A DNA stretch of 64,000 bases from Tubulanus polymorphus (taxonomy: Eukaryota > Animalia > Nemertea). Positions 63,571 through 64,000 of the stretch are shown one piece after another. The translations under genes were made by a program, and so were the position numbers. Under the pieces are notes generated by a model. The model was not told where the DNA came from and searched no databases. It worked only from the letters and a program-made list of their open reading frames with translations. The first letter of the stretch is position 1. Each line of letters opens with the position of its first letter. The stretch is taken from contig NC_134031.1 in the NCBI RefSeq assembly GCF_964204645.1, forward strand, positions 9,734,001 through 9,798,000. Reading direction: 5' to 3'.

Positions 63571-64000
63571 GATACCCAATCTACCGAATAATACTTATCA
63601 TACTTATTGTATTACGCAATGAGCAACCCTTTACTTCTAAAAAACCAATCCCCTGAATGGCCATTTCAGCATACCTAACAAATAGCTGTATCGTGACATT
63701 TCTCATTTCCGTATCATCCCCCATGTCACGCCTTACCGGAGTAAAATAAAATCAATGGATAAATAGGGAACCGGCCGACGAATCACCCATTTGGTATTTC
63801 TTGATATTCGACCCTAATAATGTCCAACATATATATCCAATCTTTCCCAGAGGCTAGCCACTAAACATTATACTGTTTCAAAGGATCTTCAGAATTAATC
63901 CTTCGGGCTATAATCCCCCGTTTTATTCCGGACCATCCCTAGAGCATCCCTTACTCTTCATCCAGGTCCCTGGTCCACCTTAATTCATCTCATATAAACT

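Overview
AT-rich eukaryotic DNA, probably from an invertebrate (inferred from the TE mix; no host gene recognised). Positions 1-53.6 kb are a nest of at least five decayed Maverick/Polinton (adintovirus-like) elements. One element is structurally complete (26069-52812): ~92-bp AGTAAT TIRs, 6-bp TSD GAAATC, pPolB, rve integrase, packaging ATPase, major and minor capsid. It sits inside an older Polinton and itself holds a Gypsy LTR retrotransposon (37363-47433, TSD ATTG), which in turn holds a TIR DNA transposon (40606-42826, 7-bp TSD). The main finding is a ~352-aa intein with a LAGLIDADG homing endonuclease inside the catalytic motif C (YFD|TDA) of the Polinton pPolB. It is present in two Polinton lineages and is more conserved between them than the surrounding polymerase, which suggests homing. 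Related signals are a TAAATG (poxvirus late-promoter-like) start context on most Polinton genes, an HNH module at the pPolB N-terminus of one element, and 152-bp covarying terminal hairpins. The last 10 kb contains LINE and Penelope-like remnants, a minimal hammerhead ribozyme and simple repeats. All homology calls are motif recognition by eye; no searches were run.
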